A DNA stretch of 64,000 nucleotides, from contig OZ316892.1 in the NCBI GenBank assembly GCA_973895155.1, positions 13,265,270 through 13,329,269 of the forward strand. The letters run 5' to 3'. The DNA comes from Marsupella aquatica. Taxonomy: Eukaryota > Plantae > Marchantiophyta. Below are positions 36,095-47,966 of this stretch, in pieces. The position numbers were made by a program, and so were the translations under genes. Positions within the stretch are counted from its first letter, which is position 1. Every line of letters starts with the position of its first letter. The notes beneath the pieces were generated by a model, which saw only the letters and a list, made by a program, of their open reading frames with translations, was not told the DNA's origin and made no database searches.

Positions 36095-38439
36095 TTTTGG
36101 TCAAGCACATGTTCTCTTGGCTTGCCAGCAAACATGTCACGACGTCGCAGGAATTTCTAGACAGGTGAGAGAATTCGCCGAACTTGCAGGGAATCATAAA
36201 GTTGAGCCCCATGCTCTGTTCTGCTATTCAAGGACAGCCATCTCAAGCTGGCAACAATTTGTCTACACAAAAAGAATAATGTCTTGCGCAAACGCTACAG
36301 TGTATCCGGTGGAAGTCGGTACGACAATGTGTGGAGGCAGGAAGATCAGGTGAACCTCTTTGGCTTTTATTCCTTAATCGTACCCCCGAATGCAAAGGCG
36401 GCCACAAGACTGGCGAATCGTGATTAGCCTTGCATTTCTGAACCCGATCTGCACAGATCAGCCGACAGCTAGAGATTCGACGAAATATCCAAATTCACGA
36501 GGTAACAATGTGCTGATTAGAATCTAGGGCATTTCGTCGAACTAAATCAAGGCAGCTAGTGCTTCGAAATCCAGAGATACTCCTGGTTGAAGAGATTACG
36601 TCATTTGCATGTTCTGAAGCATAGAATTTGCTCGAGACGGTGGACGGGCGTTCTAACCTTAGTTTTGTTTATAACCCATTCTAACATTCTCGTCTTCTAA
36701 AGTCCGTTCCAACGTTACGTGAGAAACAGATACTCTGAAGCAGATGAAAAGACGAAGTTGCCATGGTCTGCCAATGCCTCACAAACGGGAATGGTCATGG
36801 TGACATGACAATAACAGTGTGAATGAATAAGGCACCCCATTCTTATCTCCTACCGAATGTAGTTCGGAGTGAAGTCTTACAGAAGTAGTATCAACGCGTT
36901 GGACTATTCTTCTCACCTCCACACCCTTTCTCCACCTCAGAGACCTTTTTTCATTTGTCACAGAACATATTGGCCACAGAGTCTGGCGAATCTCTGAGCG
37001 GATTTCGGGCTCCAAACTCCCGTCGTTTCAATTTCTGAGCCGAACTTTTAGGTTCCTCCCGACCAATTCTGATGTGAATAGTATCGAGAAGTCCAACAGT
37101 GTCTTTCAAGGGTCGAGCTACCTGAAGAATTGCATAGCCTATAATGGCTGACGCCAAGATAGTCTCCCAATGGAAATCCATAGTCAATTAGCGGAACCAA
37201 GGGAGCAAAAGGATAGGAGCTGGGCGACGAGAAAAAGCAAAAGCAAAAAACAGCAGAGCAAAGGGAGAAAAAAAAGAATACACTGAAGGAGAATGAAACT
37301 GATAAAAAAAACTCCTAGCGGGCAAGCGGAGCAGCTACAAGGGAGCTAAAGGAGAGGAGAGGAGCGGAGCTACGAGAGAGAGCAAAACCAGTAGAGCAGA
37401 AGCAAAGAGAGTAAAACTAGTGAAATTGATAAAAAACACTCATAACAAAACTGATAGAAAACCTCGTACTGCCATTCTGCCCTTGGTCATATAGCCTAAA
37501 TTTTGACGCGCGACGGAGCTAAGCCTGCAAGCAGAGCAGTGCAGTAGTGCTGGGAGTGCGAGGTGAGAAGCGGAGCGAGGCAGAGGGCGAGCGACTGGGC
37601 GGGAGGGCGAGTTGATGGGCGAGGCGAGCGGGGCATACTGTGGGGATTCGCTCATTCGGCCATCGGCCATCGACCATCCAAGCGGCGGGCGAGTCAAGTG
37701 GGGAGCCGTGGGCTCCGTACGAGGTACGGTGGCCCAGTCTCGTGGAGGTGGTGCGGTCGGGCCCTTGTGGTCGGGTTGTCGGCTACTGCTAAGGTCAGGG
37801 AAAATTAGTTCGTGGACCCCTTGGTTAATAAAATCAGGGGAAGAGTCGATCTTAGTAGTCTCCATTTCTTATCTCCGGAAATCTCGTCCGTCCATCATAA
37901 TGGTCAATCTATGGTTCAAAAGAAAAATCTCAAATAGATCTATGGATGGATTCTGTCCATTTTGCAAATGGGTTAATATTTTTTAAATGAAAAATTAAAC
38001 AAATCCAAACCTTCCTAGCCGTCGATTTTGTTAATTTTATGATCTTTGCCATCCATTTTATAATGCCTCTAGAAATCTTATTCATCCATGTTAGAAGGCG
38101 ATCTAGGATGCAAAAGAAAGATCTCAATGAGATCTACGACTGGGTATTTTTTGTTTTGAGAATGAGTAAATAGTTTTGAGTATAGAATTCGATGAACTTT
38201 CAAGATTCCAGCCATTCCTCCTCCCCGATCCTGGGTTTCTATGTGCTCTTCCCAGCATTAATGGCCGTACAATACGAGAGGTCCTTACATACCGGGAGTT
38301 GCGGTTTAACAAGGAAGTTATCAAGTTAGTTATTAGTCATTATTTAATATATGAAAAATACTTTTTATAAATCTTTGAATTTAAGTTTTAAAATTTGAAA
38401 TGTAACTAAAACGGTTACATAGTGACAGTTTTAACCGTC

Positions 38440-38638
38440 TTGCTCTTTGCATTTTCAATGTTTTTACTTTTCTTTTTACGGCACGGCGTCCCAAAATTTA
38501 CACCCAAATTGACACAAACACGAATGAAAACTATAAGTTTGATTCACAAAACCGACGAGTCTTGTTTGTTGCGGTTGTTGTTGACGTGGCACACTTTGGT
38601 GCCAGGAATTTTGGAAGGGAGCTCTAGTGGGGTCCGTA
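38440..38638. repeat. Diverged dispersed repeat, probable DNA-transposon end; second copy about 46085-46286
   Basis: Both copies share GGCGTCC...CACAAACACGAATG...GTGGCAC...GGAATTTTGGAA and end in GGGGTCCGTA. Confidence 0.5.
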
Positions 38639-38945
38639 ATAATATACCAAAACAATATTCACCTATTTTCATAGGGGAGTACTTTATGTGTACACTAATG
38701 CCAAACACGAATAGCCAGGAAGGGGGCTAACCAGCTGGGAGTGTCAGATTAGCTAATCCGCATAGCCAGGAGGGGCACTAACTAGCTCGGAGTGTGAGAG
38801 GAGCTCATCCACCAGGAGAGACGCTAACCAACTTGGAGTGTTAGTGGAGCTGATCCACTGATGCCAACCAAAGAAGGACAATGACAAAGCTTGTGGACGC
38901 CCATGTTATTTTAGAGACAGTTATCTAGCAACTGAAACCCAAATG

Positions 38946-41900
38946 TGTTAGGAATTTACTCGAGTTCCCGACTTAGTTAGTTTGGCCTTACTAGGGTTAG
39001 TTAACCCTGGATTACATTAGGATAAGATCCACTTAGTTTAGGCCCACTCATCTTGGCCCCCTTGGGGGGTATAGGCTGGAGGGAGAGATCTCTCTCCCTC
39101 ATTCTTCACATGTACTCTCATTTGCTATGGAGTCTTCAGGAGTTTCTCCACTCGGGGTGTCTCGTCGGTGTAGTGTCTGATTGAGTGTCTCTCATGTTTC
39201 CGCATTGCTGTCTAGTCAGGAGTCGATGGTTTCTTACAAGTGGTATCAGAGCCTCGCGTTCGTGGTTTGGTGGCCTGGGCAGTGGTGAGAGCGTTTCGTT
39301 GTGTTGGATCGAGGTGGAAGATTGAATCGTCGTCGACGGTTGCGTGATCATTTCACTGGTCGGTTTGCGTTAATAGTTTCGTGTTTGAAAGAGGTGACGG
39401 TTTTCCGATTGAAGCTTCATCGTGAAGTATCGGATATGTCACAGTCGGGGTCACAGTGGGTCTAAGAAAACTGTCGGGAGGACATTCCAGCAATTTATTG
39501 TGCGCATCGACGGGCACTACGTCGCGGTGGAAGTTTCATAACGTTTCATCCGACGAGTGTGGAACAATCTTATCTTATGTATTGCTCGTTTAAGTGCTTG
39601 GAACTCTCGACTATGGCTCTTAGTGGTTAGATGAATCACTTGTGGGGTCGTCGGGGGTGCTTTTTTCTTCGTAAAAAGGTCGTGTCTTGTGGGGCAGTTG
39701 TTGCAATTTTCTACTCTTTTGTATACTCATTGTGGTCGCCGCACGCAACCTTATACGGCGCGTCGGACGGTATTCCCTGGCGCGTACGTGGCTCCCTTCC
39801 CACGGGAGCTCTTGGCACGAGGCCCTAAGGAGGCGTAGCCCGAGGCGGCTTGTGCGGGTACAATTGTACCTGCATGTACAGTCTTAAAGTAAAGGGGAGG
39901 GGGAGTTCGTAGCTCCATCCTCTCAGGAGCTCTTTAATAGGGCACAAGGCCCTGTGCAGGTACGTAAAGGTGGGGGCACAAGGCCCAAAGAGCTTTGAAG
40001 AGGAGGAGAGGGGCAGCGAGGCACTCCCTTCTCTTGGGAGCATTTAACCTGGGCACAAGGCCCTAAGTACTTAAGGAGTGGATGGGAGGAGAATTTAATT
40101 CCCTCTTTTTTTGGGAAATTTTAAAAGGGGCTCTAAGCCCTATGATGAGCCAGGAGGGCTCGGAAGCACTTTAAGGAGGAGCTTAGGGGGCGCGAGGCCC
40201 TATGCTCTCGGGGACAGGTGGCGCGAGGGGAACAAATGTGTGAACGAGAATTTTTTTGTGGAAGTCTGTGGGGCGAGTACCTCCGGTGACTTTTACACAA
40301 GAAACATCTGTTTTTCTTTTCACGCATTGGGGTTTCTTTTGAGCAGGACATGTGTCATTACTGGGTGCCTTCTGTTGTAAAATTCGACTGTACTTTGATT
40401 CCCTCCAAAAGATACTTTTCCAGAGAGCTGATTTTTGGCCGAAAATTCCAATTTCGGCAGTCGTCGAGGAAGAATTTTTCCGTAAGACTTTGCAAGGGGA
40501 TGCTCAAGGGAGTTGAGCACGGGCCTGTGAAATCGATTTGCAGTTAACTATTGCAAAAAAAATTCGGGACCTAAGATACCCGTCGGGGGTCAAAATGGCC
40601 ATTTTGACCCACCTCCGGTCCGGGTTGAATAAGTTTTTGCTAAAGAAGTTTTTCGTCAAATTGTTTTCAGATCTTGGCAGTGTACCTTGCAGGCTACGCG
40701 GCGGTGCATTCCATTTCCACTTTCGCCAACTTTCATTTTTTGGTGAATTTTTGGGTGGAGGTATTTTGGTTGTGTGTTTCCTGTGTGTTTGTAGCAGCAT
40801 CAATGACTTCAAGAAAGCTTGCAGCGCCAAAGTTTGAGGTGGAGAAGTTTGACGGGAAGGTCAGCTTCAGCCTCTGGACTCGAAAGGTGACCAATGTGTT
40901 GATCCAGCAAGGTCTTGAGAAGACCCTCACTGGAGTGAAACCCTCGAATCTAACAGATGAGGAGTGGGAGGACATGTCGGTGCAGGCGTGTAGCACAATT
41001 GAGTTGTTCTTGGCAAACAACATTCTCAAGAACGTGTTGGGGATGGATCGGAATGCCAAGAAGATCAGGGATATGCTTACTCAGCTATACCAGAGTACTT
41101 CGTTGACTACTCGCATTTATCACTTGGAGCGGCTGTTCAGGTTGAAGTTGAAGGATGGTGGCAACATGCGTGATCACCTCAGTCTCTTCGAAGAGATTGT
41201 GCATGAGGTGACCACGGCGGGAGACAAGTTGACCGATGAGTATCTTGCAATGCATTTGTTGATGTCGCTTCCTCAGACCTATTCAACATTGGTGACGGTC
41301 ATCACACATGACAAGTCTACATTGAAATTGGATGAGGTGAAGGCTACCGTTCTTGCAGAATGGGGCAAGCGACAACTTTCTGGCCGTGACAATGAGTCTG
41401 CTGCCTTAGTGGTTAGAGGCAGATCGACGGAGCGTACTACGGATCAGTCTAGATCTAAATCACATAGTATATCTAAATCTAAGTCCCGTAGTAAGAAAGT
41501 TCAGTGTTGGCATTGCCATGAGAAGGGCCACACCAAGTGGAATTGTCCTTCTCTATCAAAGCAGAAGCGTCCTACTTCCAATGGTGCGTCCTCATCGTCG
41601 GCTGGTATTGTGATTGCTGATAATGAGGATGCTGCTGAAGTGCTATGTATTGGTGCTGTGAATTCTGTGTATGACAATAAATGGATATTGGATTCGGGTT
41701 CCTCTTATCACGTGTGTCCAACACAATCGTATTTCTCCACTTACCAACCTTGTACCGGTACTATGGAAATCGGAAATGGAGTCCGATGTGCAATTGTTGG
41801 CATGGGGACTATCAAATTCCGGATGTTTGATGGTGTTGTACGAGCACTGATGCAAGTCAGACACATACCAGACATCTCTAAGAATTTGATTTCTCTTGGT

Positions 41901-44900
41901 GCTTTGGAAGCTGGTGGATCTCATTTCACTGCACGTGATGGTGTGCTCTTTGTCGTCAAAGATGATGTATCTTTGATTAAGGCGCTACGGCAGAATAATT
42001 TGTACATCTTGGAAGGAGATGTCATTGCTCCTAGAGTGGAGCATGTGGATTCTGTGGTGGAACGTTCGGATGCAGCGGCAACATCTGCTATAGAGTCATC
42101 TACGGCTGCTTCAATTGAAGCACCCTCAACATCTGGTCGCACACAAGCCATAGATTTGTGGCATGCACGGTTGGGGCACTTGAGTGGTAAAGGATTGGCA
42201 GCCTTGGCAAACAGAGATTTGCTACAAGGCGCTCAATCTGGTAAACTCTCTTTCTGTGAAGATTGCATCTTCGGCAAGCAAAAGAGAGTGAGTTTCAGTT
42301 CTAGTTCATACCATTCTCATGAGATTCTTGAGTATGTACATTCGGATGTTTGGGGTCCAGCGCCGGAGCCGTCGTTGGGTGGAGCCAGATATTTTGTGAC
42401 TTTTGTAGATGATTACTCTCGAATGTGTTGGTTGTACTACATGAAGGAGAAGTCTCAAGTCTTTGAGATTTTCAAGGAGTGGAAAGCCATGGTAGAGCTA
42501 CAAACTGGGAAGGAGTTGAAGTGTGTTCGGTCCGATAACGGTGGCGAGTATAAGTCCAATGAGTTTGATCAATTTGGTCGGGACCTTGGCCTCAAGCGTC
42601 ATTACACTGTACCGGAGACCCCGCAGCAGAATGGAGTTGCAGAACGGTTGAATCGGACATTACTGGAAAAAGCACGCAGCATGCTATGTAAGTCCAAGTT
42701 GCCTAACAACTTTTGGGCTGAAGCTGTCAACCAAGTTGCATACGTCTACAATCTGTCGCCGCATAGTAGTAAGTTGATGCAGACTCCATTTGAGTTGTGG
42801 TATAAGAGACCTGCTGATTACTCTAGACTCCAAGTTTTTGGTTGTGCTGCCTATGTTCACATTGAGCAGACACACAGGTCTAAGTTAGATCCCAAGTCTA
42901 AGAAATGTATTTTTCTAGGCTTTAGTCCTGGGCAGAAGGGCTATAAATTGTGGGATCCTATCGATTGCAAGGCAGTTGTGAGCAGAAATGTTGTTTTTGA
43001 CGAAGAATGGTTGTCAAGACCCCGGGATATTCAGGAGGAACAGGTGGAGGAACCCACTATGGTGGAGCTTGGTGGTGATGAGGAAGCTGCTGGTCCCTCT
43101 GGTAGAGGAGCAATTCCTCAACCAAGGCGCTCCACCAGGGCCAATTTTGGCCAACCCCCTGATAGATTTGGTTTTGTAGATCCTTGTGTTCACGTTGTTG
43201 CACATGACGATGATCCCGGTGTTGTTTTGCTTACTGAAGATGGAGACCCCTCTAGCTATGAAGAAGTTATGGCCTCTCCAGAGAAGGATGAGTGGATGGA
43301 GGCGATGTTGAAGGAGATGAATTCTTTGAAGAAGAATTCAACTTGGCGCTTGACTGACATGCCTCGCGGGAAAACACTGGTTCCGTGTAGATGGTTGTAC
43401 AAGAAGAAGCAGGATGGCACTTACAAGGCACGCCTTGTGGCCAAAGGGTACACCCAGAAGGAGGGCTTGGACTACACGGAGATTTTCTCACCAGTTGTCA
43501 AACTCGCTACTATCCGTGTTTTACTTGCGATTGTGGCATTCTATGATCTTGAGTTAGATCAGATGGATGTAATTACTGCTTTCCTGCATGGATTGCTTGA
43601 TGTGGAGATTTATATGACTCAGCCTCCAGGCTTTATTGATGAGAAGACCAGACACTTGGTGTGTAAGCTCTTGCGCTCGTTATACGGATTGAAGCAGAGT
43701 CCCAGACAGTGGAATAAGCGTTTTGATTCCTTCATGTTATCTCAGGGGTTCACACGAAGTGAACATGATTGTTGTATTTACATGAAGGAGATGGAGAATT
43801 ACTCACGCTTTGGTTATATTGTGCTGGCATTGTACGTGGATGACATGCTGATCCTGGCTGAGAATAAGTCTGATGTTGCCCATCTGAAAGCAATGCTGAG
43901 TAAGGAGTTTTCAATGAAGGACTTGGGTCAGGCCAAGAAGATACTAGGCATGGAGATTCATCGTGACAGGGAGCAAAGGCAATTATGGTTGTCTCAGAGG
44001 CAGTATTTGGAGAAGGTACTTGCCAAGTATGGAATGGAGAATGCAAAACCAGTTGGTACTCCATTGGCCTCCCACTTTAAACTCTCAAAGAATGATTGCC
44101 CTTCTAGTGAGAGTGATCGACTGGCGATGAAACATGTTCCCTATGATAGTGTTGTGGGTAGTTTGATGTATGCAATGACATGCACTAGACCTGACATTGC
44201 CCACGCTGTTAGCATTTTGAGCAGATTTATGGCAAATCCTGGTAAGCTTCACTGGGAAGCAGTGAAGTGGGTTTTGCGGTATCTGAAAGGTACCTTAGAT
44301 TGTGGGATCTTATTTGACGGTAAAGCAGACTCTATATTAGAGTTGGAAGGTTTTGTAGATTCAGATTATGCTGGTAACTTGGATAACAGGAAGTCTACTA
44401 CAGGCTATGTGTTTATGCTGGGTGGAGGTTGTATTAGCTGGAAGTCGGCAACTCAATCTTGTGTTGCGTTGTCTACTACTGAGGCTGAGTACATGGCTGC
44501 ATGTGAGGCAACCAAGGAGCTGATCTGGCTACGAAGATTGGTGAGTGATCTAGGTCTTTCACCTGAAAGACCGGTGTTGCTGTGCGACAGTCAAAGTGCT
44601 TTGCATCTGGCTAAGAACCCTGTGTTCCATGCCAGGACAAAACACATTGATATTCGTTATCACTTCATCCGTGAGGTGATTGAGACGAAGCAGATGTTTC
44701 TGGAGAAGGTGGCTTCAGAGGAGAATGCGGCAGACATGCTTACCAAAGTTTTACCTACCAATTGCTTTAGTCATTGTGTGGATATTATTAATGTTAGGGC
44801 CAAACCGGAAACTATGTAGATATGTTACTTAGTTACGTATTGTATATCACCTGACTCATTATGTGAACTGGAGTCAAGGTGGAGATTGTTAGGAATTAAC

Positions 44901-45179
44901 TCGAGTTCCCGACTTAGTTAGTTTGGCCTTACTAGGGTTAGTTAACCCTGGATTACATTAGGATAAGATCCACTTAGTTTAGGCCCACTCATCTTGGCCC
45001 CCTTGGGGGGTATAGGCTGGAGGGAGAGATCTCTCTCCCTCATTCTTCACATGTACTCTCATTTGCTATGGAGCCTTCAGGAGTTTCTCCACTCGGGGTG
45101 TCTCGTCGGTGTAGTGTCTGATTGAGTGTCTCTCATGTTTCCGCATTGCTGTCTAGTCAGGAGTCGACGGTTTCTTACA
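38946..45179 (+). mobile_element. Intact Ty1/copia LTR retrotransposon
   Basis: 293-bp LTRs 38946-39238 and 44887-45179 (TG...CA, about 3 mismatches); TSD AAATG; PBS TGGTATCAGAGCC (tRNA-iMet) at 39241; PPT before 44887. Confidence 0.97.
40803..44819 (+). CDS. Copia gag-pol polyprotein (gag, CCHC, PR, INT, RT, RNase H), uninterrupted
   Basis: ATG 40803; FEVEKFDG, CWHCHEKGHTKWNC, WILDSG, WHARLGH, VHSDVWG, RSDNGGEY, YKARLVAKG, LYVDDMLI, DSDYAG, RTKHIDIRYHF. Confidence 0.95.
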   Translation: MTSRKLAAPKFEVEKFDGKVSFSLWTRKVTNVLIQQGLEKTLTGVKPSNLTDEEWEDMSVQACSTIELFLANNILKNVLGMDRNAKKIRDMLTQLYQSTSLTTRIYHLERLFRLKLKDGGNMRDHLSLFEEIVHEVTTAGDKLTDEYLAMHLLMSLPQTYSTLVTVITHDKSTLKLDEVKATVLAEWGKRQLSGRDNESAALVVRGRSTERTTDQSRSKSHSISKSKSRSKKVQCWHCHEKGHTKWNCPSLSKQKRPTSNGASSSSAGIVIADNEDAAEVLCIGAVNSVYDNKWILDSGSSYHVCPTQSYFSTYQPCTGTMEIGNGVRCAIVGMGTIKFRMFDGVVRALMQVRHIPDISKNLISLGALEAGGSHFTARDGVLFVVKDDVSLIKALRQNNLYILEGDVIAPRVEHVDSVVERSDAAATSAIESSTAASIEAPSTSGRTQAIDLWHARLGHLSGKGLAALANRDLLQGAQSGKLSFCEDCIFGKQKRVSFSSSSYHSHEILEYVHSDVWGPAPEPSLGGARYFVTFVDDYSRMCWLYYMKEKSQVFEIFKEWKAMVELQTGKELKCVRSDNGGEYKSNEFDQFGRDLGLKRHYTVPETPQQNGVAERLNRTLLEKARSMLCKSKLPNNFWAEAVNQVAYVYNLSPHSSKLMQTPFELWYKRPADYSRLQVFGCAAYVHIEQTHRSKLDPKSKKCIFLGFSPGQKGYKLWDPIDCKAVVSRNVVFDEEWLSRPRDIQEEQVEEPTMVELGGDEEAAGPSGRGAIPQPRRSTRANFGQPPDRFGFVDPCVHVVAHDDDPGVVLLTEDGDPSSYEEVMASPEKDEWMEAMLKEMNSLKKNSTWRLTDMPRGKTLVPCRWLYKKKQDGTYKARLVAKGYTQKEGLDYTEIFSPVVKLATIRVLLAIVAFYDLELDQMDVITAFLHGLLDVEIYMTQPPGFIDEKTRHLVCKLLRSLYGLKQSPRQWNKRFDSFMLSQGFTRSEHDCCIYMKEMENYSRFGYIVLALYVDDMLILAENKSDVAHLKAMLSKEFSMKDLGQAKKILGMEIHRDREQRQLWLSQRQYLEKVLAKYGMENAKPVGTPLASHFKLSKNDCPSSESDRLAMKHVPYDSVVGSLMYAMTCTRPDIAHAVSILSRFMANPGKLHWEAVKWVLRYLKGTLDCGILFDGKADSILELEGFVDSDYAGNLDNRKSTTGYVFMLGGGCISWKSATQSCVALSTTEAEYMAACEATKELIWLRRLVSDLGLSPERPVLLCDSQSALHLAKNPVFHARTKHIDIRYHFIREVIETKQMFLEKVASEENAADMLTKVLPTNCFSHCVDIINVRAKPETM

Positions 45180-47966
45180 AAATGAACCTCCAAGTCTAAA
45201 GTAAAAAAATTCAAAAATGGACAAGTCAATGTTTGACACTTGAAATAGTTGCCAAACTTACCAAGGCAACGATAATTAACATGAATCACAAAACTAACTC
45301 CAATGTGAACTATTGTTTACTGTTGGGTAACTTAATTGCCCACTTCAACAAAACGGTGCTCGACAGTTTCCTCCATGGTATCGAAAGGATGTCAGATGTA
45401 CTCAAGTTGCATCAAAAGTAATCACTTTTCAATTCCTACATGCAGAGATACAAAGAGAGAGAAACCGTCGGTGTCATCAAATCACTAACTTCGCATAATT
45501 ATTTGAGACAAAACGTTCATGTAAATATATCTCCAATTTGCAGAATTCAAAATCGATTGATAGCTGGAGAAATTTAGAAACTCATGATCACTTTAGTACT
45601 TGATAAAATCTCTCCATGTCACACTCATTTGAAAGCTAAAGAACATTGGAAACCCATAATCTCCTCAGAACTCAACTAAATCTATCAATCATAAGTTCAT
45701 TAAAAATATAAGAAAATTCTAAAACTCATAATTTCCTTAATACTCGATGAAATCTGTCAATTTTTGGTTCATTCTCATGGAAAGGATAAACATTTCAAGG
45801 ATTGTGCAGTAGAGATTTCTATTTCTATTCAATTTAGAGATTATGAAATCACGGGTAAAATCTATTTTTCAAATTACTTACTCAATTCTTACTAAATGGT
45901 GACAATCTTGAGCTCATTAGGACTGTCTCTTCAATATCTTTCCAACACCATATTATACGTGAGTTTTCATTATCATTTGACTCAGAAATGTCAAATCAAA
46001 AATTGTTGTCGGGAAAATTTTACGTTTTGAATAAAATCAAAATATAAAATAATGACACCGTTACTAGGGCACACCTCAATCTTTGTCTTTTGAATTGCAT
46101 GTCAGTTTTTTTTACATTCTCTTTTATGGCATGGCGTCCTAGTTTTTACAGAAAAGTTGCCACAAACACGAATGTAGAAGTTAATTTTATCCAAAAACAA
46201 GTCTCTTCATGTTTGCAGCGTGCCATGATGATGTGGCACGCTGTGGAGCCTGGAATTTTGGAAAGGACTCCTAATGGGGGTCCGTAAAACATTCAAACTG
46301 ATAAAAGCATGCACACTTACAATGAGAGACACTTCCAAGGCAAAGTTAAAAAATATTTTTTCAAATTGTAAAAATCACCATACAATAGTGACCATGTCAG
46401 TGAATCACTAAGGTCATGGAATATCAATATTCATAGTCTGATAGTCATTCATAGTCATTGATAGTCCGGTAGCCAAGAGGCAACTTTGTGAGTATAAATT
46501 CAAACTGAAAAAACACACATTCTAATCTAGAAAGTAACACACTTAAATTGAGAGAAACTCCCACAACAGACTTTAAACAAGCCAGTGACAGAGGGGGTTC
46601 GGTCACAAAGGCTAAACAAAATAGCATGGCTACTAATATCCTAAGCAAATGATTATATTACTCTGCTGGTCAAAAACATATCTTAGACATGCCAACATTT
46701 GTCATTTTCCAATGATTCTCAAAAAAACAAGAGTTACCTGGAATTGAGTTGTTGAGGGTGGTGCATCATGGAATAAGAATCCATGTGTATCGGAGGACTG
46801 ACTGATTCCTTGCATCATTACATTTGTCAAGTGCTCCAACAAGGTGTTTGTGGTTCACCAGTCTTTCTGGTCAAGGGGGGGTGTTAGGATTTACTCTTAG
46901 GTCTAGAGTTACGAATGTACCGTAGTTAAGGCTAACCCGGGGGCTAACCTTAGTCGTAGACTTGGTTAGGTTAGTCATGTTGTGCACACTCTATAACCAA
47001 GCGGTGTTTGCTTGGAGAGGGGAACTCAGGCTCATTGTTACAGAGCTAGTTGAGAGATAGAGAGAGCTTGCGTTGTGGATGCTTGGTATGGCCGGTCGGC
47101 CTAGAGTGCAGTAAAGTTCATGTGTGTTCCCATGGACGTAGCCTCATGTGGAGGTGAACCACGTATCTCTCTCTGTCGACTCTTGTGCGTTGGATGGTTC
47201 ATGGGCTTGTTACGATTGTCGTCTATGCTCAACAATTGGTATCAGAGCATGCCTGGGAGGTGACGAGGTTTTTTCGTGACGGTTTTCCAGCGTTCATTGT
47301 TGGTGTTGCATTCGGGGTTTTGTCGCATGAAACTCGAATGTGTGTGGCTGAGCGAATAGGTTAGTGAGAGGGCTTTCTAACGGTGGTTAGAACTCGCTGA
47401 TCGGTATCCGTGGTGCGGAGGAATTGAAGTTTGCGTCGTTCAGAGTTTATTCGTGTTCGACGGGATTTTGGGGGAGAGACCAGAGATTGTTTTTCAACGA
47501 TGTGAGCTGTGCGGTGCGGGAGGCATCGCATGTTATAGCTCAAGTTGAAGGTTGAAGCGAGCTGGTCGTTTTGGTACCTGGTTTGCTGGCGTTTGTGGAG
47601 CGAGTGCGTCATGACGAGTGAAAGTTGAGTTCTGGTTTTTTGACAAGCTATGGTGCTTGTTTTTCCCTGAACCGGATTACTCCTCGTGACGCTTGACTCG
47701 GAGGAATAAATGCGAAGTGTTGAGGCTCAACGGAGAGATCGTGGTGAGGCAATTGTTTTGAGTCCGGGATTGGCCCTTGACGCGGAGAGAGTAAGACACG
47801 GCAGAGGTTTTTCTCTTCTCTGGTGGAGCTGCAGACGTGCTGGTGCAATTTGGCAACATTTTCATGTCGGCGGTCATCACTTTTCTCATTGGAAACCGAA
47901 ACGGAGGCAGCTGAGGTTTGTAACACGGCCTTTGTATCATTTTTGGCACATTTTAAGGTTAGTTTA

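Noticed and set aside
40674-40802. Upstream extension of the copia polyprotein
   Set aside because: TTG start in the leader; gag homology begins at ATG 40803.
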